Shown: piece by piece, positions 35,501-49,000 of the stretch
Layout: each line of letters begins with the position of its first letter
Position numbering within the stretch: position 1 is the first letter of the stretch
The notes under the pieces: model-generated
Databases searched by the model: none
Told to the model about the DNA's origin: nothing
Seen by the model: the letters and a program-made list of their open reading frames with translations, nothing else
Program-made: the position numbers and the translations under genes
DNA from: Eledone cirrhosa
Taxonomy: Eukaryota
Assembly: GCA_964016885.1 (NCBI GenBank)
Contig: OZ024744.1
Coordinates: forward strand, 2,728,001-2,792,000
Direction of reading: 5' to 3'
Length of the DNA stretch: 64,000 nt

Positions 35501-38500
35501 GAAAGATAGCTTGGTGAAGAACGAAGTTAGGGGGAAGACAAGGTAGAGAAAGATAGCTTGGTGAAGAACGAAGTTTTGGGGAAGACAATGTAGAGAAAGA
35601 TAGCTTGGTGAAGAACGAAGTTTTGGGGGAAGACAAGGTAGAGAAAGATAGCTTGGTGAAGAACGAAGTTTTGAGGGAAGACAAGGTAGAGAAAGATAGC
35701 TTGGTGAATAACGAAGTTTTGGGAGAAGACAAGGTAGAGAAAGATAGCTTGGTGAAGAACGACGTTTTGAGGGAAGACAAGGTAGAGAAAGATAGCTTGG
35801 TGAAGAACGAAGTTTTGTGGGAAGACAAGGTAAAGAAAGATAGCTTGGTGAAGAACGAAGTTTTGGGGAAGGCAATCTAGAGAAAGATAGCTTGGTGAAG
35901 AACGAAGTTTTAGGGGAAGACAAGGTAGAGAAAGATAGCTTGGTGAATAACGAAGTTTTGGGAGAAGACAAGGTCGAGAAAGATAGCTTGGTGAAGAACG
36001 AAATTTTGAGGGAAGACAAGGTAGAGAAAGATAGCTTGGTGAAGAACGACGTTTTGGTGGAAGACAAGGTAGAGAAAGATAGCTTGGTGAAGAACGATGT
36101 TTTGGGGAAGACAATGTAGAGAAAGATAGCTTGGTGAAGAACGAAGTTTTGGGGGAAGACAAGGTAGAGAAAGATAGCTTGGTGAAGAACGAAGTTTTGA
36201 GGGAAGACAAGGTAGAGAAAGATAGCTTGGTGAATAACGAAGTTTTGGGAGAAGACAAGGTAGAGAAAGATAGTTGGTGAAGAACGAAGTTTTGAGGGAA
36301 GACAAGGTAGAGAAAGATAGCTTGGTGAAGAACGACGTTTTGAGGGAAGACAAGGTAGAGAAAGATAGCTTGGTGAAGAACGACGTTTTGTGGGAAGACA
36401 AGGTAGAGAAAGATAGCTTGGTGAAGAACGAAGTTTTGGGGGAAGACAAGGTAGAGAAAGATAGCTTGGTGAAGAACGAAGTTTTGGGGAAGGCAATGTA
36501 GAGAAAGATAGATTGGTGAAGAACGAAGTTTTGGGGGAAGACAAGGTAGAGAAAGATAGCTTGGTGAAGAACGAAGTTTTAAGGGAAGACAAGGTAGAGA
36601 AAGATAGTTTGGTGAATAACGAAGTTTTGGGAGAAGACAAGGTAGAGAAAGATAGTTGGTGAAGAACGAAGTTTTAAGGGAAGACAAGGTAGAGAAAGAT
36701 AGCTTGGTGAAGAACGACGTTTTGAGGGAAGACAAGGTAGAGAAAGATAGCTTGGTGAAGAACGACGTTTTGTGGGAAGACAAGGTAGAGAAAGATAGCT
36801 TGGTGAAGAACGAAGTTTTGGGGGAAGACAAGGTAGAGAAAGATAGCTTGGTGAAGAACGAAGTTTTGGGGAAGGCAATGTAGAGAAAGATAGATTGGTG
36901 AAGAACGAAGTTTTGGGGGAAGACAAGGTAGAGAAAGATAGCTTGGTGAAGAACGAAGTTTTGAGGGAAGACAAGGTAGAGAAAGATAGCTTGGTGAATA
37001 ACGAAGTTTTGGGAGAAGACAAGGTAGAGAAAGATAGTTGGTGAAGAACGAAGTTTTGAGGAAAGACAAGGTAGAGAAAGATAGCTTGGTGAAGAACGAC
37101 GTTTTGAGGGAAGACAAGGTAGAGAAAGATAGCTTGGTGAAGAACGACGTTTTGTGGGAAGACAAGGTAGAGAAAGATAGCTTGGTGAAGAACGAAGTCT
37201 TGGGGGAAGACAAGGTAGAGAAAGATAGCTTGGTGAAGAACGAAGTTTTGGGGAAGACAAGGTAGAGAAAGATAGCTTGGTGAAGAACGAAGTTTTGAGG
37301 GAAGACAAGGTAGAGAAAGATAGCTTGGTGAAGAACGAAGTTTTGGGGGAAGACAAGGTAGAGAAAGATAGCTTGGAGACGAACGAATTTTTGGGGAAGA
37401 CAATGTAGAGAAAGATAGCTTGGTGAAGAACGAAGTTTTGGGGAAGACAATGTAGAGAAAGATAGCTTGGTGAAGAACGAAGTTTTGGGGGAAGACAAGG
37501 TAGAGAAAGATAGCTTGGTGAAGAACGAAGTTTTGGGAGAAGACAAGGTAGAGAAAGATAGCTTGGTGAAGAACGAAGTTTTGAGGGAAGACAAGGTAGA
37601 GAAAGATAGCTTGGTGAATAACGAAGTTTTGGGAGAAGACAAGGTAGAGAAAGATAGTTGGTGAAGAACGAAGTTTTGAGGGAAGACAAGGTAGAGAAAG
37701 ATAGCTTGGTGAAGAACGACGTTTTGAGGGAAGACAAGGTAGAGAAAGATAGCTTGGTGAAGAACGACGTTTTGTGGGAAGACAAGGTAGAGAAAGATAG
37801 CTTGGTGAAGAACGAAGTTTTGGGGGAAGACAAGGTAGAGAAAGATAGCTTGGTGAAGAACGAAGTTTTGGGGGAAGACAAAGTAGAGAAAGATAGCTTG
37901 GTGAATAACGAAATTTTGGGAGAAGACAAGGTCGAGAAAGATAGCTTGGTGAAGAACGAAATTTTGAGGGAAGACAAGGTAGAGAAAGATAGCTTGGTGA
38001 AGAACGACGTTTTGGTGGAAGACAAGGTAGAGAAAGATAGCTTGGTGAAGAACGATGTTTTGGGGAAGACAATGTAGAGAAAGATAGCTTGGTGAAGAAC
38101 GAAGTTTTGGGGGAAGACAAGGTAGAGAAAGATAGCTTGGTGAAGAACGAAGTTGTGAGGGAAGACAAGGTAGAGAAAGATAGCTTGGTGAATAACGAAG
38201 TTTTGGGAGAAGACAAGGTAGAGAAAGATAGTTGGTGAAGAACGACGTTTTGAGGGAAGACAAGGTAGAGAAAGATAGCTTGGTGAAGAACGACGTTTTG
38301 AGGGAAGACAAGGTAGAGAAAGATAGCTTGGTGAAGAACGACGTTTTGTGGGTAGACAAGGTAGAGAAAGATAGCTTGGTGAAGAACGAAGTTTTGGGGG
38401 AAGACAAGGTAGAGAAAGATAGCTTGGTGAAGAACGAAGTTTTGGGGAAGACAATGTAGAGAAAGATAGCTTGGTGAAGAACGAAGTTTTGGGGGAAGTC

Positions 38501-40700
38501 AAGGTAGAGAAAGATAGCTTGGTGAAGAACGAAGTTTTGAGGGAAGACAAGGTAGAGAAAGATAGCTTGGTGAATAACGAAGTTTTGGGAGAAGACAAGG
38601 TAGAGAAAGATAGCTTGGTGAAGAACGACGTTTTGAGGGAAGACAAGGTAGAGAAAGATAGCTTGGTGAAGAACGAAGTTTTGGGGGAAGACAAGGTAGA
38701 GAAAGATAGCTTGGTGAAGAACGAAGTTTTGGGGGAAGACAAGGTAGAGAAAGATAGCTTGGTGAAGAACGAAGTTTTGGGGGAAGACAAGGTAGAGAAA
38801 GATAGCTTGGTGAAGAACGATGTTTTGGGGAAGACAATGTAGAGAAAGATAGCTTGGTGAAGAACGAAGTTTTGGGGGAAGACAAGGTAGAGAAAGATAG
38901 CTTGGTGAATAACGAAGTTTTGGGAGAAGACAAGGTCGAGAAAGATAGCTTGGTGAAGAACGAAATTTTGAGGGAAGACAAGATAGAGAAAGATAGCTTG
39001 GTGAAGAACGACGTTTTGGTGGAAGACAAGGTAGAGAAAGATAGCTTGGTGAAGAACGATGTTTTGGGGAAGACAATGTAGAGAAAGATAGCTTGGTGAA
39101 GAACGAAGTTTTGGGGGAAGACAAGGTAGAGAAAGATAGCTTGGTGAATAACGAAGTTTTGGGAGAAGACAAGGTAGAGAAAGATAGTTGGTGAAGAACG
39201 AAGTTTTGAGGGAAGACAAGGTAGAGAAAGATAGCTTGGTGAAGAACGACATTTTGAGGGAAGACAAAGTAGAGAAAGATAGCTTGGTGAAGAACGACGT
39301 TTTGTGGGAAGACAAGGTAGAGAAAGATAGCTTGGTGAAGAACGAAGTTAGGGGGAAGACAAGGTAGAGAAAGATAGCTTGGTGAAGAACGAAGTTTTGG
39401 GGAAGACAATGTAGAGAAAGATAGCTTGGTGAAGAACGAAGTTTTGGGGGAAGACAAGGTAGAGAAAGATAGCTTGGTGAAGAACGAAGTTTTGAGGGAA
39501 GACAAGGTAGAGAAAGATAGCTTGGTGAATAACGAAGTTTTGGGAGAAGACAAGGTAGAGAAAGATAGCTTGGTGAAGAACGACGTTTTGAGGGAAGACA
39601 AGGTAGAGAAAGATAGCTTGGTGAAGAACGAAGTTTTGTGGGAAGACAAGGTAGAGAAAGATAGCTTGGTGAAGAACGAAGTTTTGGGGAAGGCAATCTA
39701 GAGAAAGATAGCTTGGTGAAGAACGAAGTTTTAGGGGAAGACAAGGTAGAGAAAGATAGCTTGGTGAATAACGAAGTTTTGGGAGAAGACAAGGTCGAGA
39801 AAGATAGCTTGGTGAAGAACGAAATTTTGAGGGAAGACAAGGTAGAGAAAGATAGCTTGGTGAAGAACGACGTTTTGGTGGAAGACAAGGTAGAGAAAGA
39901 TAGCTTGGTGAAGAACGATGTTTTGGGGAAGACAATGTAGAGAAAGATAGCTTGGTGAAGAACGAAGTTTTGGGGGAAGACAAGGTAGAGAAAGATAGCT
40001 TGGTGAAGAACGAAGTTTTGAGGGAAGACAAGGTAGAGAAAGATAGCTTGGTGAATAACGAAGTTTTGGGAGAAGACAAGGTAGAGAAAGATAGTTGGTG
40101 AAGAACGAAGTTTTGAGGGAAGACAAGGTAGAGAAAGATAGCTTGGTGAAGAACGACGTTTTGAGGGAAGACAAGGTAGAGAAAGATAGCTTGGTGAAGA
40201 ACGACGTTTTGTGGGAAGACAAGGTAGAGAAAGATAGCTTGGTGAAGAACGAAGTTTTGGGGGAAGACAAGGTAGAGAAAGATAGCTTGGTGAAGAACGA
40301 AGTTTTGGGGAAGGCAATGTAGAGAAAGATAGATTGGTGAAGAACGAAGTTTTGGGGGAAGACAAGGTAGAGAAAGATAGCTTGGTGAAGAACGAAGTTT
40401 TAAGGGAAGACAAGGTAGAGAAAGATAGTTTGGTGAATAACGAAGTTTTGGGAGAAGACAAGGTAGAGAAAGATAGTTGGTGAAGAACGAAGTTTTGAGG
40501 GAAGACAAGGTAGAGAAAGATAGCTTGGTGAAGAACGACGTTTTGAGGGAAGACAAGGTAGAGAAAGATAGCTTGGTGAAGAACGACGTTTTGTGGGAAG
40601 ACAAGGTAGAGAAAGATAGCTTGGTGAAGAACGAAGTTTTGGGGGAAGACAAGGTAGAGAAAGATAGCTTGGTGAAGAACGAAGTTTTGGGGAAGGCAAT
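26528..40700. repeat. About four tandem copies of a 3.5-3.8 kb super-unit
   Basis: The AATCTAGA marker (TCTAGA at 28710, 32341, 35876, 39697) gives spacings 3631/3535/3821. The GAGACG marker lies at 26528, 30112, 33647 and 37373. ORF starts 27197/30876/34411/38232 and 27436/31115/34650/38471 agree. Boundaries are approximate. Confidence 0.88.
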
Positions 40701-43700
40701 GTAGAGAAAGATAGATTGGTGAAGAACGAAGTTTTGGGGGAAGACAAGGTAGAGAAAGATAGCTTGGTGAAGAACGAAGTTTTGAGGGAAGACAAGGTAG
40801 AGAAAGATAGCTTGGTGAATAACGAAGTTTTGGGAGAAGACAAGGTAGAGAAAGATAGTTGGTGAAGAACGAAGTTTTGAGGGAAGACAAGGTAGAGAAA
40901 GATAGCTTGGTGAAGAACGACGTTTTGTGGGAAGACAAGGTAGAGAAAGATAGCTTGGTGAAGAACGAAGTCTTGGGGGAAGACAAGGTAGAGAAAGATA
41001 GCTTGGTGAAGAACGAAGTTTTGGGGAAGACAAGGTAGAGAAAGATAGCTTGGTGAAGAACGAAGTTTTGAGGGAAGACAAGGTAGAGAAAGATAGCTTG
41101 GTGAATAACGAAGTTTTGGGAGAAGACAAGGTAGAGAAAGATAGTTGGTGAAGAACGAAGTTTTGAGGGAAGACAAGGTAGAGAAAGATAGCTTGGTGAA
41201 GAACGACGTTTTGAGGGAAGACAAGGTAGAGAAAGATAGCTTGGTGAAGAACGACGTTTTGTGGGAAGACAAGGTAGAGAAAGATAGCTTGGTGAAGAAC
41301 GAAGTTTTGGGGGAAGACAAGGTAGAGAAAGATAGCTTGGTGAAGAACGAAGTTTTGGGGAAGGCAATGTAGAGAAAGATAGATTGGTGAAGAACGAAGT
41401 TTTGGGGGAAGACAAGGTAGAGAAAGATAGCTTGGTGAAGAACGAAGTTTTAAGGGAAGACAAGGTAGAGAGAGATAGTTTGGTGAATAACGAAGTTTTG
41501 GGAGAAGACAAGGTAGAGAAAGATAGTTGGTGAAGAACGAAGTTTTGAGGGAAGACAAGGTAGAGAAAGATAGCTTGGTGAAGAACGACGTTTTGAGGGA
41601 AGACAAGGTAGAGAAAGATAGCTTGGTGAAGAACGACGTTTTGTGGGAAGACAAGGTAGAGAAAGATAGCTTGGTGAAGAACGAAGTTTTGGGGGAAGAC
41701 AAGGTAGAGAAAGATAGCTTGGTGAAGAACGAAGTTTTGGGGAAGGCAATGTAGAGAAAGATAGATTGGTGAAGAACGAAGTTTTGGGGGAAGACAAGGT
41801 AGAGAAAGATAGCTTGGTGAAGAACGAAGTTTTGAGGGAAGACAAGGTAGAGAAAGATAGCTTGGTGAATAACGAAGTTTTGGGAGAAGACAAGGTAGAG
41901 AAAGATAGTTGGTGAAGAACGAAGTTTTGAGGGAAGACAAGGTAGAGAAAGATAGCTTGGTGAAGAACGACGTTTTGTGGGAAGACAAGGTAGAGAAAGA
42001 TAGCTTGGTGAAGAACGAAGTCTTGGGGGAAGACAAGGTAGAGAAAGATAGCTTGGTGAAGAACGAAGTTTTGGGGAAGACAAGGTAGAGAAAGATAGCT
42101 TGGTGAAGAACGAAGTTTTGAGGGAAGACAAGGTAGAGAAAGATAGCTTGGTGAATAACGAAGTTTTGGGAGAAGACAAGGTAGAGAAAGATAGCTTGGT
42201 GAAGAACGACGTTTTGAGGGAAGACAAGGTAGAGAAAGATAGCTTGGTGAAGAACGAAGTTTTGGGGGAAGACAAGGTAGAGAAAGATAGCTTGGTGAAG
42301 AACGAAGTTTTGGGGGAAGACAAGGTAGAGAAAGATAGCTTGGTGAAGAACGAAGTTTTGGGGGAAGACAAGGTAGAGAAAGATAGCTTGGTGAAGAACG
42401 AAGTTTTGGGGAATACAATGTAGAGAAAGATAGCTTGGTGAAGAACGAAGTTTTGGGGGAAGACAAGGTAGAGAAAGATAGCTTGGTGAATAACGAAGTT
42501 TTGGGAGAAGACAAGGTCGAGAAAGATAGCTTGGTGAAGAACGAAATTTTGAGGGAAGACAAGGTAGAGAAAGATAGCTTGGTGAAGAACGACGTTTTGG
42601 TGGAAGACAAGGTAGAGAAAGATAGCTTGGTGAAGAACGATGTTTTGGGGAAGACAATGTAGAGAAAGATAGCTTGGTGAAGAACGAAGTTTTGGGGGAA
42701 GACAAGGTAGAGAAAGATAGCTTGGTGAAGAACGAAGTTTTGAGGGAAGACAAGGTAGAGAAATATAGCTTGGTGAAGAACGACGTTTTGAGGGAAGACA
42801 AGGTAGAGAAAGATAGCTTGGTGAAGAACGACGTTTTGTGGGAAGACAAGGTAGAGAAAGATAGCTTGGTGAAGAACGAAGTTTTGGGGGAAGACAAGGT
42901 AGAGAAAGATAGCTTGGTGAAGAACGAAGTTTTGGGGAAGGCAATGTAGAGAAAGATAGATTGGTGAAGAACGAAGTTTTGGGGGAAGACAAGGTAGAGA
43001 AAGATAGCTTGGTGAAGAACGAAGTTTTAAGGGAAGACAAGGTAGAGAAAGATAGCTTGGTGAATAACGAAGTTTTGGGAGAAGACAAGGTAGAGAAAGA
43101 TAGTTGGTGAAGAACGAAGTTTTGAGGGAAGACAAGGTAGAGAAAGATAGCTTGGTGAAGAACGACGTTTTGTGGGAAGACAAGGTAGAGAAAGATAGCT
43201 TGGTGAAGAACGAAGTTTTGGGGGAAGACAAGGTAGAGAAAGATAGCTTGGTGAAGAACGAAGTTTTGGGGAAGGCAATGTAGAGAAAGATAGATTGGTG
43301 AAGAACGAAGTTTTGGGGGAAGACAAGGTAGAGAAAGATAGCTTGGTGAAGAACGAAGTTTTGAGGGAAGACAAGGTAGAGAAAGATAGCTTGGTGAATA
43401 ACGAAGTTTTGGGAGAAGACAAGGTAGAGAAAGATAGTTGGTGAAGAACGAAGTTTTGAGGGAAGACAAGGTAGAGAAAGATAGCTTGGTGAAGAACGAC
43501 GTTTTGTGGGAAGACAAGGTAGAGAAAGATAGCTTGGTGAAGAACGAAGTCTTGGGGGAAGACAAGGTAGAGAAAGATAGCTTGGTGAAGAACGAAGTTT
43601 TGGGGAAGACAAGGTAGAGAAAGATAGCTTGGTGAAGAACGAAGTTTTGAGGGAAGACAAGGTAGAGAAAGATAGCTTGGTGAATAACGAAGTTTTGGGA

Positions 43701-45700
43701 GAAGACAAGGTAGAGAAAGATAGTTGGTGAAGAACGAAGTTTTGAGGGAAGACAAGGTAGAGAAAGATAGCTTGGTGAAGAACGACGTTTTGAGGGAAGA
43801 CAAGGTAGAGAAAGATAGCTTGGTGAAGAACGACGTTTTGTGGGAAGACAAGGTAGAGAAAGATAGCTTGGTGAAGAACGAAGTTTTGGGGGAAGACAAG
43901 GTAGAGAAAGATAGCTTGGTGAAGAACGAAGTTTTGGGGAAGGCAATGTAGAGAAAGATAGATTGGTGAAGAACGAAGTTTTGGGGGAAGACAAGGTAGA
44001 GAAAGATAGCTTGGTGAAGAACGAAGTTTTAAGGGAAGACAAGGTAGAGAAAGATAGTTTGGTGAATAACGAAGTTTTGGGAGAAGACAAGGTAGAGAAA
44101 GATAGTTGGTGAAGAACGAAGTTTTGAGGGAAGACAAGGTAGAGAAAGATAGCTTGGTGAAGAACGACGTTTTGAGGGAAGACAAGGTAGAGAAAGATAG
44201 CTTGGTGAAGAACGACGTTTTGTGGGAAGACAAGGTAGAGAAAGATAGCTTGGTGAAGAACGAAGTTTTGGGGAAGACAAGGTAGAGAAAGATAGCTTGG
44301 TGAAGAACGAAGTTTTGGGGAAGGCAATGTAGAGAAAGATAGATTGGTGAAGAACGAAGTTTTGGGGGAAGACAAGGTAGAGAAAGATAGCTTGGTGAAG
44401 AACGAAGTTTTGAGGGAAGACAAGGTAGAGAAAGATAGCTTGGTGAATAACGAAGTTTTGGGAGAAGACAAGGTAGAGAAAGATAGTTGGTGAAGAACGA
44501 AGTTTTGAGGGAAGACAAGGTAGAGAAAGATAGCTTGGTGAAGAACGACGTTTTGTGGGAAGACAAGGTAGAGAAAGATAGCTTGGTGAAGAACGAAGTC
44601 TTGGGGGAAGACAAGGTAGAGAAAGATAGCTTGGTGAAGAACGAAGTTTTGGGGAAGACAAGGTAGAGAAAGATAGCTTGGTGAAGAACGAAGTTTTGAG
44701 GGAAGACAAGGTAGAGAAAGATAGCTTGGTGAATAACGAAGTTTTGGGAGAAGACAAGGTAGAGAAAGATAGCTTGGTGAAGAACGACGTTTTGAGGGAA
44801 GACAAGGTAGAGAAAGATAGCTTGGTGAAGAACGAAGTTTTGGGGGAAGACAAGGTAGAGAAAGATAGCTTGGTGAAGAACGAAGTTTTGGGGGAAGACA
44901 AGGTAGAGAAAGATAGCTTGGTGAAGAACGAAGTTTTGGGGGAAGACAAGGTAGAGAAAGATAGCTTGGTGAAGAACGAAGTTTTGGGGAATACAATGTA
45001 GAGAAAGATAGCTTGGTGAAGAACGAAGTTTTGGGGGAAGACAAGGTAGAGAAAGATAGCTTGGTGAATAACGAAGTTTTGGGAGAAGACAAGGTCGAGA
45101 AAGATAGCTTGGTGAAGAACGAAATTTTGAGGGAAGACAAGGTAGAGAAAGATAGCTTGGTGAAGAACGACGTTTTGGTGGAAGACAAGGTAGAGAAAGA
45201 TAGCTTGGTGAAGAACGATGTTTTGGGGAAGACAATGTAGAGAAAGATAGCTTGGTGAAGAACGAAGTTTTGGGGGAAGACAAGGTAGAGAAAGATAGCT
45301 TGGTGAAGAACGAAGTTTTGAGGGAAGACAAGGTAGAGAAATATAGCTTGGTGAAGAACGACGTTTTGAGGGAAGACAAGGTAGAGAAAGATAGCTTGGT
45401 GAAGAACGACGTTTTGTGGGAAGACAAGGTAGAGAAAGATAGCTTGGTGAAGAACGAAGTTTTGGGGGAAGACAAGGTAGAGAAAGATAGCTTGGTGAAG
45501 AACGAAGTTTTGGGGAAGGCAATGTAGAGAAAGATAGATTGGTGAAGAACGAAGTTTTGGGGGAAGACAAGGTAGAGAAAGATAGCTTGGTGAAGAAAGA
45601 AGTTTTAAGGGAAGACAAGGTAGAGAAAGATAGCTTGGTGAATAACGAAGTTTTGGGAGAAGACAAGGTAGAGAAGGATAGTTGGTGAAGAACGAAGTTT
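40000..45700. repeat. 1050-bp tandem duplication (40000-41049 / 41050-42099) overlapped by a 2578/2579-bp tandem duplication
   Basis: Offsets 40095/41145 and 40477/41527 (+1050); 41145/43724 (+2579); 42100/44678, 42435/45013 and 42674/45252 (+2578). Boundaries are approximate. Confidence 0.83.
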
Positions 45701-46063
45701 TGAGGGAAGACAAGGTAGAGAAAGATAGCTTGGTGAAGAACGACGTTTTGAGGGAAGACAAGGTAGAGAAAGATAGCTTGGTGAAGAACGACGTTTTGTG
45801 GGAAGACAAGGTAGAGAAAGATAGCTTGGTGAAGAACGAAGTTTTGGGGGAAGACAAGGTAGAGAAAGATAGCTTGGTGAAGAACGAAGTTTTGGGGAAG
45901 GCAATGTAGAGAAAGATAGATTGGTGAAGAACGAAGTTTTGGGGGAAGACAAGGTAGAGAAAGATAGCTTGGTGAAGAACGAAGTTTTGAGGGAAGACAA
46001 GGTAGAGAAAGATAGCTTGGTGAATAACGAAGTTTTGGGAGAAGACAAGGTAGAGAAAGATAG

Positions 46064-49000
46064 TTGGTGAAGAACGAAGTTTTGAGGGAAGACAAGGTAG
46101 AGAAAGATAGCTTGGTGAAGAACGACGTTTTGAGGGAAGACAAGGTAGAGAAAGATAGCTTGGTGAAGAACGACGTTTTGTGGGAAGACAAGGTAGAGAA
46201 AGATAGCTTGGTGAAGAACGAAGTCTTGGGGGAAGACAAGGTAGAGAAAGATAGCTTGGTGAAGAACGAAGTTTTGGGGAAGACAAGGTAGAGAAAGATA
46301 GCTTGGTGAAGAACGAAGTTTTGAGGGAAGACAAGGTAGAGAAAGATAGCTTGGTGAATAACGAAGTTTTGGGAGAAGACAAGGTAGAGAAAGATAGCTT
46401 GGTGAAGAACGACGTTTTGAGGGAAGACAAGGTAGAGAAGGATAGCTTGGTGAAGAACGAAGTTTTGGGGGAAGACAAGGTAGAGAAAGATAGCTTGGTG
46501 AAGAACGAAGTTTTGGGGGAAGACAAGGTAGAGAAAGATAGCTTGGTGAAGAACGAAGTTTTGGGGGAAGACAAGGTAGAGAAAGATAGCTTGGTGAAGA
46601 ACGAAGTTTTGGGGAATACAATGTAGAGAAAGATAGCTTGGTGAAGAACGAAGTTTTGGGGGAAGACAAGGTAGAGAAAGATAGCTTGGTGAATAACGAA
46701 GTTTTGGGAGAAGACAAGGTCGAGAAAGATAGCTTGGTGAAGAACGAAATTTTGAGGGAAGACAAGGTAGAGAAAGATAGATTGGTGAAGAACGACGTTT
46801 TGGTGGAAGACAAGGTAGAGAAAGATAGCTTGGTGAAGAACGATGTTTTGGGGAAGACAATGTAGAGAAAGATAGCTTGGTGAAGAACGAAGTTTTGGGG
46901 GAAGACAAGGTAGAGAAAGATAGCTTGGTGAAGAACGAAGTTTTGAGGGAAGACAAGGTAGAGAAATATAGCTTGGTCAATAACGAAGTTTTGGGAGAAG
47001 ACAAGGTAGAGAAAGATAGTTTGTGAAGAACGAAGTTTTGAGGGAAGACAAGGTAGAGAAAGATAGCTTGGTGAAGAACGACGTTTTGAGGGAAGACAAG
47101 GTAGAGAAAGATAGCTTGGTGAAGAACGACGTTTTGTGGGAAGACAAGGTAGAGAAAGATAGCTTGGTGAAGAACGAAGTTTTGGGGGAAGACAAGGTAG
47201 AGAAAGATAGCTTGGTGAAGAACGAAGTTTTGGGGAAGGCAATGTAGAGAAAGATAGATTGGTGAAGAACGAAGTTTTGGGGGAAGACAAGGTAGAGAAA
47301 GATAGCTTGGTGAAGAACGAAGTTTTGAGGGAAGACAAGGTAGAGAAAGATAGCTTGGTGAATAACGAAGTTTTGGGAGAAGACAAGGTAGAGAAAGATA
47401 GCTTGGTGAAGAACGACGTTTTGAGGGAAGACAAGGTAGAGAAAGATAGCTTGGTGAAGAACGAAGTTTTGGGGGAAGACAAGGTAGAGAAAGATAGCTT
47501 GGTGAAGAACGAAGTTTTGGGTGAAGACAAGGTAGAGAAAGATAGCTTGGTGAAGAACGAAGTTTTGGGGGAAGACAAGGTAGAGAAAGATAGCTTGGTG
47601 AAGAACGAAGTTTTGGGAGAAGACAAGGTAGAGAAAGATAGCTTGGTGAAGAACGAAGTTTTGAGGGAAGACAAGGTAGAGAAAGATAGCTTGGTGAAGA
47701 ACGAAGTTTTGGGGGAAGACAAGGTAGAGAAAGATAGCTTGGTGAAGAACGAAGTTTTGTGGGAAGACAAGGTAGAGAAAGATAGCTTGGTGAAGAACGA
47801 AGTTTTGGGGAAGACAATGTAGAGAAAGATAGCTTGGTGAAGAACGAAGTTTTGGGGGAAGACAAGGTAGAGAAAGATAGCTTGGTGAATAACGAAATTT
47901 TGGGAGAAGACAAGGTCGAGAAAGATAGCTTGGTGAAGAACGAAATTTTGAGGGAAGACAAGGTAGAGAAAGATAGCTTGGTGAAGAACGACGTTTTGGT
48001 GGAAGACAAGGTAGAGAAAGATAGCTTGGTGAAGAACGATGTTTTGGGGAAGACAATTTAGAGAAAGATAGCTTGGTGAAGAACGAAGTTTTGGGGGAAG
48101 ACAAGGTAGAGAAAGATAGCTTCGTGAAGAACGACGTTTTGAGGGAAGACACGGTAGAGAAAGATAGCTTGGTGAAGAACGACGTTTTGTGGGAAGACAA
48201 GGTAGAGAAAGATAGCTTGGTGAAGAACGAAGTTTTGGGGGAAGACAAGGTAGAGAAAGATAGCTTGGTGAAGAACGGAGTTTTGGGGGAAGACAAGGTA
48301 GAGAAAGATAGCTTGGTGAAGAACGAAGTTTTGGGGGAAGACAAGGTAGAGAAAGATAGCTTGGAGACGAACGAATTTTTGGGGAAGACAATGTAGAGAA
48401 AGATAGCTTGGTGAAGAACGAAGTTTTGGGGAAGACAATGTAGAGAAAGATAGCTTGGTGAAGAACGAAGTTTTGGGGGAAGACAAGGTAGAGAAAGATA
48501 GCTTGGTGAAGAACGAAGTTTTGGGAGAAGACAAGGTAGAGAAAGATAGCTTGGTGAAGAACGAAGTTTTGAGGGAAGACAAGGTAGAGAAAGATAGCTT
48601 GGTGAAGAACGACGTTTTGAGGGAAGACAAGGTAGAGAAAGATAGCTTGGTGAAGAACGACGTTTTGTGGGAAGACAAGGTAGAGAAAGATAGCTTGGTG
48701 AAGAACGAAGTTTTGGGGGAAGACAAGGTAGAGAAAGATAGCTTGGTGAAGAACGAAGTTTTGGGGGAAGTCAAAGTAGAGAAAGATAGCTTGGTGAATA
48801 ACGAAATTTTGGGAGAAGACAAGGTCGAGAAAGATAGCTTGGTGAAGAACGAAATTTTGAGGGAAGACAAGGTAGAGAAAGATAGCTTGGTGAAGAACGA
48901 CGTTTTGGTGGAAGACAAGGTAGAGAAAGATAGCTTGGTGAAGAACGATGTTTTGGGGAAGACAATGTAGAGAAAGATAGCTTGGTGAAGAACGAAGTTT